Notes under the pieces: generated by a model
Told to the model about the DNA's origin: nothing
What the model saw: only the letters and a program-made list of their open reading frames with translations
The model's database searches: none
Position numbers and translations under genes: made by a program
Shown: piece after piece, positions 51,761 to 64,000 of the stretch
Numbering within the stretch: position 1 is the first letter of the stretch
How the letters are laid out: every line of letters begins with the position of its first letter
Origin: Vicugna vicugna
Lineage: Eukaryota
Direction: 5' to 3'
Assembly (NCBI GenBank): GCA_013265495.1
Contig: MU058423.1
Span: 6,114,939 to 6,178,938, forward strand
Length of the DNA: 64,000 bases

Positions 51761-53809
51761 TGAGATCATGAAGTGTATAACTACACAGGAGCTTTTAAAT
51801 GCAGTAAAATTAATGATTAAGGCACAGTTTAATTTTCTTTATTTTCTTTAATCTTTATTTTTCCTAAATCAGTAAAGTTTTCATAAATATGAAATGGCGT
51901 ACGGGATCCTAAAATATGTGGAGTCTGTCTTGCATTAACTAAACACAAAACACAGAGACCTCTTTGAAGGGACTTGCAGTATCAGTCTGTGATCTGCTGT
52001 CCATAGATGTGGACAATGACATGTAACCGAGAAAAAGGACAACAGCAGAACAGAGAATCATCAGCAGAAACATGCAACTTGTAGCAACAACTGTCATAAA
52101 GAAGACTCAAGGGAGAATGATAGATTGGGTTACATAATCAAGACCTTAAAGAATTCTGACAGGACAGATACTATTATCCCTAGTTAGCAACATAGCCTGC
52201 ATTCAAACCAATTTATTCATTCAATTATTCAAATATTCATTGAATGAATATTATATGCCAAGTATTATCCTAATTTCTAGCCCCTGTCTTCATTGATCTT
52301 ACATATTAATTGATTTTTTTAATAGAAACATACACCGCAGTAAGACCAAATGAGGGGAATGGATGTCCGTATAAGTGGGATGAGCACCAATAATTTATGC
52401 ATTGTATTTATTGAATAAAACAATCAATTATCCAAGGACATAGTTTACCCATAGAGGAAAATTCATTAACAAATGGAAATGTCATGTCATTAAAACAAAC
52501 CAAAAAACCCCAGACTTGAAGTTATTGAATAACATTTTACAGCTTATAACTTTTAGCTGAACACAGCACTTTTATCAATATACCATTTTTACTAGAAACA
52601 CAGAAAAAATAGATTTTATTAGAAAAACAAATTTTAAATATTTTAATTCTGCCAAATTTGACAAATCACAGTACTGAAAGAATAGGATCACAAAAATAAA
52701 GTGGTTTAACCTAATCATTGTATTGTGATAAAATATTATCATTAATATCATAATCATGTTATTTCATGATGTTAATTTTCTAAGTATTTTTTTCTTATTT
52801 ATTTACGGTATTAATATGCATTTCAATTTGAAAGTAAAGGGTTATAAAATATTCAAATGCCTTCAAATCCCTTTGGATGTTGGTAGGATAGGTTTTCTTA
52901 TATTGGGAAAAACAGAACTATTCAGAGCCATATGCTCAATGTATTATTTGCACTACCTAGCAGTTTATTTGTTTACATTTCATTTGTAAATAGGTTTTAG
53001 ATGGAAGACATTAATGTGACAGATATAAAAATGAATAATGAAGGGCACTTTCTTACTTGAAAATAATCCTCTTTTTTTTGACTTGCCTCACTGTTGAACG
53101 TATGTACTTATGTCCTTTCTTTGGTTTCTCTTTCTGTTTTATTATAGAACTACTGAGCAGAAGCCCTGTTAATGTTTGATTTATTACATATCTGAAATGT
53201 TGTTGATGCTCAATGAGGCAGTGAATAATCTGTTCTCTGAAAAGAAGTTACACACATTTAGATGTGTTAAATTTTCATTCCTCTACAGCAGTGCTTTGCC
53301 AAATGTAAACAAAGGACCGGGTCCAGGCAGCAAAATGCTATTACTGATAATGTAGTTACAAGATAAGTACAGTGATTGAAAATAAGAATTTAAAACCTTT
53401 TATAGGTATTTACCATTATCGTGGCATCCAAGTGTGTGATCAGTCAAATTGTTTACAATAGGGTGTTAAGTGGGTCAAGGTATTGTACAACTCTTATTTT
53501 GAGTCACATGTGGCAACTTGTTATGTAACACTTTTGTCAAACTGTCAACTACAATGAATAGAAAAGAGAAAATGTACCATTATTAGGTTTACTATTACTA
53601 AGAAGGTGTATACAATTACTGAGACATTAATGATAGAAACAAAGATGTTTGCTTGGAAATATGAGATAAATGTGTGGCAATAAAACTAGCTTGACTTCCA
53701 TTTTCTAGTGGTGCCCATTTAGTGTGAGAGATTCAGGAATTAGCTAATGGTATGAAGAGCACATGCATACAGCATACGGGGTGGGGGAGGGGGAGAGGCA
53801 GAGAGAGCT

Positions 53810-54240
53810 ACAAATCAAGGGAACACAATGCAGAATAAATACCCCAAAGTCATAAAGTCTACATCTGAGCATGTTTCATTCAAGCAGACAACCAAAGACA
53901 AAGAGAAAATCTTGAAAGAAGAAAATTAAAAAACAAAACAAAACTTTAAATATAAAAGGACATGGATAGGAACTGCACTGAATTCATTAAAAACAAACAA
54001 GAAGAGAGCTGAGCAAAATATTTAAAATGTTAAATTTTTTTTAAAAAGGCACCTAGAATTCTATATCCAAAAACATTATCCTTTAAAAGTGAAGGGGATA
54101 AAGACTTCATCAGATAAACAAAGTCTTAGGCAGCTTATAACCCACAGACATGCCCTTCAAGAAAAAATAAGTTTTTCATAGAGAAGGAAAATGATAAAAG
54201 TTAGAAACCAGATTCTACCACAATGAAAAAATAAAAACCA
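53810..54240 (+). mobile_element. Ancient L1 ORF1 C-terminal fragment
   Basis: 'aaagacaaagagaaaatcttgaaag' and 'cctagaattctatatcca...atcctttaaaagtgaagg' (PRILYP..LSFK.EG-like). Confidence 0.75.
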
Positions 54241-54279
54241 CCCAACACTTAGTAGTGAGCATATATTAATTTGTTTCTA

Positions 54280-57200
54280 ATTTCTTTATTGTGGTAAAAT
54301 ACACATACTGTAAAATTTACTGTCTTCATAAAGTATTTTAAGTCTACAGTTCTATAGTGTTAAGTTCATTCATATTGTTGTGCACTCATTACCATTGTCC
54401 AACTCAAACTTTTTTTTCATCTTGTAAAATTGAAACTCTGTACCTTTAAATGATTATCCATTTTCCCTTAGTTCCTAGTAACCATCGTTCTACTTTGTCT
54501 CTGTCATTTTGACTAATCTAAGTACCTCATATAAGTAGAATCTTACAATATTTATTTTTTGTGCCTGATAGTTCATTTAGCATAGTGTCCTCAAGTTTCA
54601 TTCATCTTGTAGCATATGTTATAATTTCCTTCCTTTTTAAAGACAAATAATATTCTATTATATATTTATACCACACTTTGCTTATCAATTCATCCATCAC
54701 TGGAGAGTTGGGTTGCTCCTACATTTTAGCTATTGTGAGCAACACTGCTATGATATGAGTGTACAAATATCTCTTCGAGTCCCTACTTTGAATTATTTTG
54801 AGTATAAACACAGAGGTGGAATTGCTGGACCATATGGTAATTCTACTTCTAATTTTATGAGGAAACTCCGTACTGTTTTCTACAGTGATTTTACCAGTTT
54901 ATATTTCCATAAATAGAGCACAAGAGTTCCAATTTCTCCAAATCCTTGTCAATACTTTTTTATTTATTTATTTATGTTTGATTGTGGCCATCCTAAAAGG
55001 TATGAAGTGATATCTTTTCATAGTTGTGATCTGCATTTTCCTAATAATTAGTGATGTTGAGCATCTTTTCATATGCCTATTGGCTACTTATGTGTCTTCT
55101 TTGGTGAAATACCTATTCAAGTCTTTTGTCCATTTTGAATCTGGTTTTATTGTTGAAATTTGGAGATTCTCTGTGTATTTTGACTATTAATCTCTTATCA
55201 GATATGTGATTTGCACATATTTTCTCCTATTCTGTGGGTTGCTTTTTATGTGTTAGTGGTGTCTTTTGATGAACATTTATTTTTTCATGAAATTAAATTT
55301 AGTTATCTGGTGTCTTGGTGTCATATCCAGGAAATCATTGCCAAATCCAGTGCTATGTGGTGTTTATCCAATGTTTTGTTCCAAGAATTATACAAATTTA
55401 GGTCTTACATTTAGGTCATATATCTATTATGAGTTATTTTTTGTATATGATTTTAGGTAAGAATTCAGTTTCATTACTTTGCATATGGATATCCAGTTTT
55501 TCTAGCAACATTTGTTGCATAGACTGTCTCTACACTGTTGAATGATATTGGCAGTCTTATTAAAACTTACGAGATCATATATACAAGGGTTTATTTCTGG
55601 ACTCTTTAGGCTATTTTATTGGTCTGTATATTGCCTTTATGCCAGTACCACATTGTTTAGTTTACTGTAGCTTTGCAGCAAGTGTTGAAATCAGGAAATG
55701 TGAGTCATCCAGCTTCGTTATTCTTTTTCAGAATTATTTTGCCTATTTGGGAATCCTTGAGATTCCATATGAACTTAAAAATTTTTCTATTTGTGCAAAA
55801 AATAGTCATTGGAATTTTGATAAGAATTGCATTAAACCTGTAGGTCACTTTGAGAAGTATGATATCTTAATAATATTGTCTTCGCATCCATGAACACGGA
55901 TATCTCTCCATGTATTTATGTCTTTTTAAATTTCTTTCAAAATATTTTGTAGTCTTTATTATTGAAGTCTTTCACCTCTTGGTTGAGTCAATTCTTAAGT
56001 ATTTTATTCTTTTTGATGTTGTAAATAATTTTTTAAAATTTTCAAATTATTTAATCTTAGTATAAAGAAATACAAGTTGTTTGGTCTGTTTTTTTTGTTT
56101 GTGTGTGCTACTTTGCTGAATTTGTTTATTAGACTTAGGTTTTGTGGGTTCTTTAGAATTATCTATATGTAAGATAATCTTATCTGCAAACAGAAATAAT
56201 TTTAGTTCTTTCTTTTTGATTTGAATGTGGTTTCTTTTCCTTGTCAAATCGCTCAAACTAGGACTCCCAGTATTATTGTGGATGGAAGTGGCAAAAGTGG
56301 ACATCTTTACCTTATTCCTGATCTTAGAGGAAAAGCTTTTAGTCTTTCACCATTGAGTATGATGTTCATTGTGTGCTTTTCATACGATATTATTATATTG
56401 AATTAGTGTCCCTCTATTTCTAGTTTTTGAGTATTCTTGTTATGAAAGATGTTGAAACTTGTCAGATTTTTTTCTGCATCAATTCCAATGATTATGTGTT
56501 TTTTGTTCCTTCATTCTGTTAATATTGTGTATTATAATGATTAATTTTCATATATGGAGGCATCTTTGCTTTCTAGGATTAGTTTGCATGGTGTATAATC
56601 CTTTTAATATGCTGCTGAATTCATTTCGCTAGTATTTTGTTGAGGATTTTTACATCAATATTTATAAGAATTATTGGTCTTTAGTTGTCTTTGACTTCAG
56701 TATCAGAGTATTTAATTCCGGCCTGAAAGGACAAGTCAGGCCATCTTTCCTCCTCTTCAAATTCTTGTTAAATTTGATACAGTCAGTGTTCTTGAAATGT
56801 TTCATGAAATTATTTAGAAAACTATCTGGTTCAGGAGTTTTCTTTATCTGGAGATTTTGGATTATTGATTGTATCTACTTGTTAGTTATAGGTCTATTCA
56901 GATTTTCTATTTCTTCATTGGTTAATCTTGGTAGGATTTGTATTTCAAACATTTATCCACTTTATCTAGGTTATACAATTTGTTGGCATTCAGTTGTCGA
57001 TAATACTCACTTATAATTCTTTACATTGTGTAGATTATATATTAATGTCTCTACTTTCTTTTCTGATTTTATTAATTTGAGTCTTTTCTCCTTTTTTCTT
57101 AGTACATCAATTTTGTTTTTCTTTATGAAGAATCAACTTTTTTTTTACCATTTTTATATTCTCTATTTTATTCATCTCTGCTCCAATCTTCATTATTTCC

Positions 57201-59940
57201 CTCCTTCTGCCAACTTAGGGCTTAGTTTGTTCTTCTTTTTCATGTTTCTTATTTGTGAAGTTAGGTTTTTGGATGAAGATCATTCTTATATCTTTTGATA
57301 TGTTTGTAGTTATAAAGTTTACCTTTACCATTGCTTTTTATGTGTCCCATAATTTTTATAGTTGTGTTTTCATATTTATCTCTAGTATTGTCTTATTTGT
57401 CTTATTATTTCTTAATCAGTTGGTTGTTTAACTGTAGTTTATTTAATTTCACAATATGAATTTTCTAGTTTTCCATCTGTTATTGAATTGTAATTTCATC
57501 TGTTATCAGAGATTTTTGATGATCTCTATAGTGTCTATTCTATTGAGACTTAATTTGTGGCTTAACATGTGATCTATCCTGAAAAATGTCCCAAGTGCAC
57601 TTAAGAAGAATGCACATTCTGTTGTTGATGTAGCAAGTGTTCTATATATGATTATTAGACCTAGTTTTATGTGTTGTTCAATCCTATATTTCTTTACTAC
57701 TTTCTGGTTGTTCTGTTATTGAGAGTAGGGTATTGATATATCTATTATCTTAGAATTATCTCTTACTCTGTTTCATTCTGTCAGTTTTTACTTCGTATAT
57801 TTTATTAGTCTGTATGAGGTACATAAGTGTTAATAATAGTTGTCTTCTTGCTGTACTGGAATTTAATACATTACACTAATATATAATGTATTTTTTTGCC
57901 TCTTACAACCATCTTTGATTTAAATTCTATTTTGTCTGATATCAATATAGTCAACCCTGCTCCCTTTTCGGTACTATCTGCAATGGAATATCTTTTTCAC
58001 CACTTCACTTTCAACCTATTTTGTATTTGGACACAAACTGAGTCTCTTGTAGATGTCATATAATTTGATCATATTTTTTTGAAAAGTTTATTCTTTCAAT
58101 CTTTGTCTTTTGATTGGAAAGTTTAATCCAATCACATTTAAAGTAATTACATTTAATGTAACTACTAATAAAAGGGACTTCTGCTATTTTTCTATTTATT
58201 TTCTATATCATTATATTTTTTACTTTTGTCCCTTCATTCCTGCATTATTGCCTCTTTTTCAGAAGTTGTTTTTATGTAATAAAACATTTAAATTATATAT
58301 ACATAGGCAGTTTTCTTTGTGGTTGTCATGCGGATTACATTTCACATCTTGAAGTTATGCTCTCATTTTGGTTTATACAAGCTTGACTACTTTAACATAC
58401 AAAACACTGCTCATTTAACAGCTCTGTCCTTACTATTTTCAGCTGTTGATGTCATGAAATTACACATGTGCCCAAAAACATAAATAATTTTGATGTATTA
58501 GTCTCTTAAATTATATAGAGAGCAAAATGTGGAAGTTATAAACAAGAGTTACAGTAATAATAGTTTTTAGAGTAATAATTGTTTTCAAAAAAAGTCTCTC
58601 AATACACATAGATGACAAAAAGTCAAATTGCATATTATGTTGCAATAATTCTAGTATTTATAAATTTCTGTGTATTTACCTTTACTGAGAACTTTATATC
58701 TTCATTTGGCTTCAAGTCTCTGTCTAGTGTCCTTTTATTTCAACCTGAAGTTCTCCCTTTAGAATTTCTTTCAGAGGTCAAGTGTAAACAAAATCCCTTG
58801 ACTTTTATTTATTTGTGAATGTCTTAATTTCTGTCTCACTTTTGAAGGATAGTTTTGTTGGATATGGAATGTTTGGTGACTTTTTTTTTTCTTCTGTTAG
58901 CACTCTGGCAATGATGGCCCACTGCCTTCTGTCTTTCAAAGTTTTTGATAAAATATATGGTTATAATCTTTTGAGGATCCCCTGTACATGAAGATTTTCT
59001 TCTCACTTGCTGCTTTCAAAATTCATTCTTTGGCCTTTGACAGATTGATTTTAATGTGTCTTGGTATTGGGTATCTATGAGTTCATATTTATGATTCTCA
59101 TGAAATTTGGAAAGTTTTCTTCCATTATTTATTCAAACATTCCATTTCTATCTCTCTTCTTCCTCTGGGACTCCAGCAATATATACATTAGTCCACTTGA
59201 TGGTGTTCTTCAGGCCTCCTAGGATCTGTTCACTTTTCTTCAATCTGTGTCCTTTTTGTTCCTCAGACTCAATAATTTCTATTATCCTATTTTCATGTTT
59301 TCTGATATCTTTCTTCTGCCTACTCAAATCTGCATTTGTTTCTCAAGTGAGTTTTTTTATTTTAAGTATGATATTTTATTTTTCAGCTCCAGAATTCACT
59401 TTTGGTTTCTTTTTAGGTTGTCTATCTTTTAATTGATATTTCTATTTGTTTATACATCATTTTCTTGACTTTCTCCACATCTTTCTTAGTTTCTAAAGTA
59501 TTTGTCTAATATATTAATCATCTAGTCTTTTCTTATGGATGGTTTCTGTTGTTAGCTTTTTTTTTTTTGACTGTGTCTCGTTTTCCTGTTTCTTTGTATG
59601 CCTTGTTGTTGTTGTTGTTGTTGGAAGCTGGACATTTGAATCTAATATTGTTATAACTCTTGAAATCAGATTCTCTCCCTCCTTTAAAGTTTTGTTTTCT
59701 GATCCTTTAAAAAAAAATTGTTGTAGATTGTCTCTGTTATAAGGGTCAGCTCGATGTGTAAACTTGAGGTCTTCTCACCTCTTTTCTAAATCTGCACCTT
59801 CCCCTGGGCAGATATAGTGACTTTATAATTTCTGTCATACGTCCAGTTTAATTTGAGTGTCTTAGTCTTCAATGTCTTGCTCTCAAAAGGAGAAAAAGAA
59901 GAAAGTCAAGAAGAAAAATATAGGACAACTCTTTTAAATT
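54280..59940 (-). mobile_element. Near-full-length ancient LINE-1 (L1MB-like), fully decayed
   Basis: Continuous antisense colinearity: 3'UTR at 54280, ORF2 (RT motif 'LKLFLFADKIILHIDNSKE' in ORF 56047-56304), ORF1 near 58750-59450, 5'UTR to ~59940. Confidence 0.88.
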
Positions 59941-62900
59941 CACTTAAAGGTAGAGGTCAAGATTTTGCCAACTTGAACATTCTGTAGGATACTTGTTTTT
60001 TCTTGAGATTCTAAATATTTAATTGACAATCTGATCTCATAGTTTCATGAAGCCATTGTCTGATCTATTTCTCTTTTGCTTTCTTTGATGTTTTAAATAG
60101 GATATGAAATTAAAGCACACCTCTACCCATATGCAATGCTTATTTAAAACCATTTATGTTAATATATTCTTAGGTGGTAGTTAAAAATCAAGATTTGTTG
60201 GAAAATAAATTGTAGGCTTATTGGGCTGTGTGAATGATTCTGGGCCTAGAATGGTCATGGAACTTCCTGTCTGTAGGATAATTTGTGCCTGGATTATTTT
60301 CAAAAGTAAGCATAAATCCACATAAAATTCTTGCTATAGGTGTACTTGTATTCAATTCAATTTCTGTTTTAGGAAGGAAAAAAATGGAATATGAAGCTCA
60401 GAGTGTTGTGTTGATGCAATCAAAACCAAGATAAATTGAGTGAAGCATATAGAAATCAATAATGTTATTACCATTACAGTTAAGTGTAATTTAAGATTTT
60501 AAACTCTAGTTATAGTTTAAATCTAATATGTATGAACTAGTGACATATCATTAATTGATCTATCAATCTTTCAAACACTCATAAGCTATCTCAGGATAGC
60601 ATAACACAACTAAGCAAGTTAAATCACACATAGTGATACTATATTCAATAATAAGTTTTGTAGATACATGTGCAAAGATAGGAGAAAATCCATTGCTAAA
60701 AATAATTTAAAAAATAATGCTGCCATTGTATTGTATTCATACTTAAAACCCAGCAGATTAAACTAATAATTACTAACAATACATATTCATCTCACATAGT
60801 AAAAATTTCACTGCAAATACAGTCTTTTAAATTCAGCTTCAGAAATGCACTTGTTATAATTCATTATGGTATCCATCTTTCATTTCATTAACAGACAACA
60901 GACCTGTATATTCAAAGCCCTCTTTAATACAGAATATTATCTACAAACACACACTAAAATTCTTCTGTGAGTAATACTATATGGTAAGGATCTTGATAGG
61001 ATTCAAAACATGGTACTGAATTTTCATTCCAGACAGCAGCATGTTCAAAGCATGAATTTTGGGACATTTTAACTCTAATTTATAGAGAAAAATATACAAA
61101 ATATGGTAGTTTCCAGGAATATCTTCTCACATACAGCACTAATTTGTGCTCTGTAGATAATTCTAGGTCTGCTTTGATAGCAGAGATATTGTACTTATAT
61201 TTGCTTTTAATAATGCTAGGCTAAAAGCAATTGTTTTCAATAAATACATTTGTACACAATGTGGTATATTTCTTACAGGACCCCTATACCTTTTGCCATA
61301 GTATAAGCCATGATATGTCGCTGGTAGTCATATACCTACATACCCAAACATTTAAGATTTTACATATCAGTATTTCAAAAAAATCCTTATTTGCCTTGAT
61401 TCTTTACTCAAAAGGTTGAAAGTATTTTAATGACAAGTTGAGTTGTTTGAATGGATAGGAGAAAATACAACTGGAGAAACTATGACTATTACTTGTAAGC
61501 AAGCAAGTTCTTTAACTCCTCTGTAACATGTTTCCTCCCATGTTAATAACTGACCCATATATGTTACAGAAATATTTCAAACCCTTTATAGTTATGAAAT
61601 GAAAGAAATACATTGTTAAAGCATAGAATATGTAAAGAAAGTACAAAATGTCAATCCAAATCTGAAAAGAAAACAAACTAGACAATTTTGACATTCAGAA
61701 TAATTCATGAAAAATGGATATGATTAATTTAGTAACAGTAGGTATAATAATTTGACACATATGAAAACAACTAGTCTTCCGAAAATAAAAACAAATAGTA
61801 ACAAAACAAGAAATGAGAGAAAATGATTTATTAAAATTCATTATTCATTGGAAAATAAAGAAAAAAAGTATAATTAATATCATAAGCTTTTTGATACAAC
61901 TAATATCCAATTAGTTAGACCACTACTGTTTTGTAAAGGTGAAGTTCTTATAAAACCAAATATTAGTAAAGAAGAAACATTGTACTATTTAATTGAAAAA
62001 CATTTGTGGAGATTTGAACTGAATGTTGTTAGCATTAGCTGATATAATACACTAAGATTCAATTTATGTTGTCTTCATTTGTGGTATCTTTGTCTTTCTG
62101 ATATTGCTAATCACACATCTCTTGATTAACCTGATTAGTGAGGTTGCATGTTACCTATCTAATTTACCTCAGTGTCTCCAACTCAAAGTAAATAATTGCT
62201 TTGGGCAACAATAAAATGTGACTGATGGCCATGTTCATTTGAACAGTATAAGCAAGAGGCAGAATCATTCATGGTAAATCATGATTGGTGGAATGAATAA
62301 GTGGTAATTACTTCACATTAAATAAAAAAAAGACACTATCATATATTAATACATTCACAGTTTATTGCAGTTTAGACAGATATTCTAATCAGCACTGACA
62401 GCGATTGAATAGGCTGGTTGCACCCAAAGGTGCTGTTTATTCATTTATCTTAAATAATAATGTTATGTCAGGGTAAATTATATTTTTTCATATGTTTCAG
62501 GTTTTTGTATTGAAACTTAAACAGAATGCTCAGTTTACTCACTTGTCCTTTTTAAAATGTAAAATTACTTTGGATGAACATTTTACTGGGATTTTAAAAG
62601 AAACTTTTTGTTTTTGAATGACTTTTTAAAAACAGTAATAAAGGATGCTATTTGAGCTGTTTTAGTCAACCTGGCAAATTTTATAGAGAATTTTATATTT
62701 ACTCTTGTCTTCCTTCTATGTGAACTAAAAGTAAGAATCTTTCCCATTTAATCTTTAGTGTTTTTAAACATTTAAATATGATAGAACAGGAGAATAACTG
62801 AAAGTTTATAAAACATCATCGTAATAATTATAATACAAGAAATTTATTTTAAAATAAAATATTTTAAAAGTACAACCAAAAACTGTATTTGTGTCCACTT

Positions 62901-63099
62901 AATTATACATAAACAATTAGATGTAACTAGGACACTGCCAGATAATCTGGTGCTAGGACACTTCCAGATAATCTGGTGCACCCCAAATATATTTGTTTTC
63001 CTTGCCTTTGTTTTAATACATACAGCTCAGAATAATTCTTTTTGTACCTTTTAATGTGACCAACCCTCATTTATGTATGTATGTATATATGTATGTATG

Positions 63100-64000
63100 T
63101 GGTTGATCTATCTTCTTAACACAATTTTAAGTGTACAATACAGTACTGTCAACTAAAGGCACAATATTTTACAGCAGATCTGTAGAATTTGTACAGTTGA
63201 AACTTAATACCCACTAACCAGCAACTCCGATTTCCCTGTCCCGCAACTCCCTAGCAGCCACTATATTACTGTCTGGTTCTATGAATCTGACTATTCTTGT
63301 TACTTCAAACAAGTAGAATCATATAGTATTTGTTCTTCTTTAAATGTTTATTTTACTTAACATAATGTCTTCCAGGTTTATCCATGTTTTCACATATGGT
63401 AGAACTTCTTTCTTTTTTAAGACTGAACATTTAATGTCTATATCATGTCTTGACTATTTTGCGGTTATGCTGCAATAAATATAGAATTGAAGAGATCTTT
63501 CCAAGATCTTGATTTCAGTTCTTTTAGATATTCAGAAGTGAGGTTGCTGGATCATATGGTAGTTCTATTTTTAATTTTTTGACAAACCTCCATCCTGTTT
63601 TCCATAGAAGAATCCCTAATTCACAGTCTCATTAGTGATGTGCAAGGGTTTTTTCCCACATCCTTGGCAACATTGTTTTAAATAGCCATTCTAACAAGTG
63701 TGACGTGATATTTCATTGTAATTTTGATTTGCGCTTCTCTGATGATTAGTGATGTCGAGCATCTTTTCATATCTCCATTGTCCATTTGTATGTCTTCTTT
63801 GGAGAAATGTCTATTCAAGTCCTTTGCCCATTTTTCAATCAGATTGTTGTTGCTGTTTGTTACTGGCTTGTGGGAGTTCCTTATATAGTTTGAATGTTAA
63901 CTCCTTATCATATATATATATATATATAATATATATATATAGTTTGCAAACATTTTCTTTCATTCTTTAGGTTTCCTTTTTATTCTGTGCTTCTGATTAT
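63100..64000 (-). mobile_element. LINE-1 3' end (L1MA-like), runs off the window; (TATG)n at 63072-63099 marks the tail
   Basis: 'ttttaagtgtacaatacagt', 'ttgctggatcatatggtagttctatttttaatttttt' and 'ctttggagaaatgtctattcaagtcctttgccca'. Confidence 0.9.

Noticed and set aside
54713..59742. Many 60-109 aa + strand ORFs
   Set aside because: Hydrophobic antisense frames of the decayed L1MB-like element
61512..61694. Minus-strand exon candidate (IWIDILYFLYIF...)
   Set aside because: The composition reflects AT-rich DNA, the donor is weak and no homology is recognised
62927..62979. CRISPR-like palindromic repeat
   Set aside because: Two abutting units, no spacers, no cas genes, mammalian context

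Overview
AT-rich, CpG-depleted mammalian DNA, most likely gene desert or a very large intron. I can support no host protein-coding gene, RNA gene or CRISPR-like array. The only ORFs with recognisable homology are decayed LINE-1 ORF1/ORF2 fragments; the others look like chance or repeat-derived frames. The content is a layered transposon record. It includes a young 5'-truncated L1 (9331-11192) with a 21-bp TSD and an apparent short 3' transduction, a ~100-bp sister L1 with its own TSD, and many ancient L1M/L2/MIR pieces. It also has three solo ERV1-type LTRs with clean 4-bp TSDs plus one CpG-rich LTR (three of these four are packed into 38.6-41.1 kb), older MER31/MER21/MLT1 LTRs and two hAT MITEs. 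Microsatellites, local duplications, palindromes and several motif-dense unique segments (possible enhancers) make up the rest. The young L1 3'UTR resembles camelid L1 as I remember it (unverified). Repeat family names come from recalled consensus sequences and need Dfam/RepeatMasker confirmation. I do not see evidence for a wholly new biological system. The best leads are the L1 3' transduction, the LTR cluster with a MER41-like member, a templated MIR copy inside an L2, and the candidate enhancer at ~31.0-31.4 kb.
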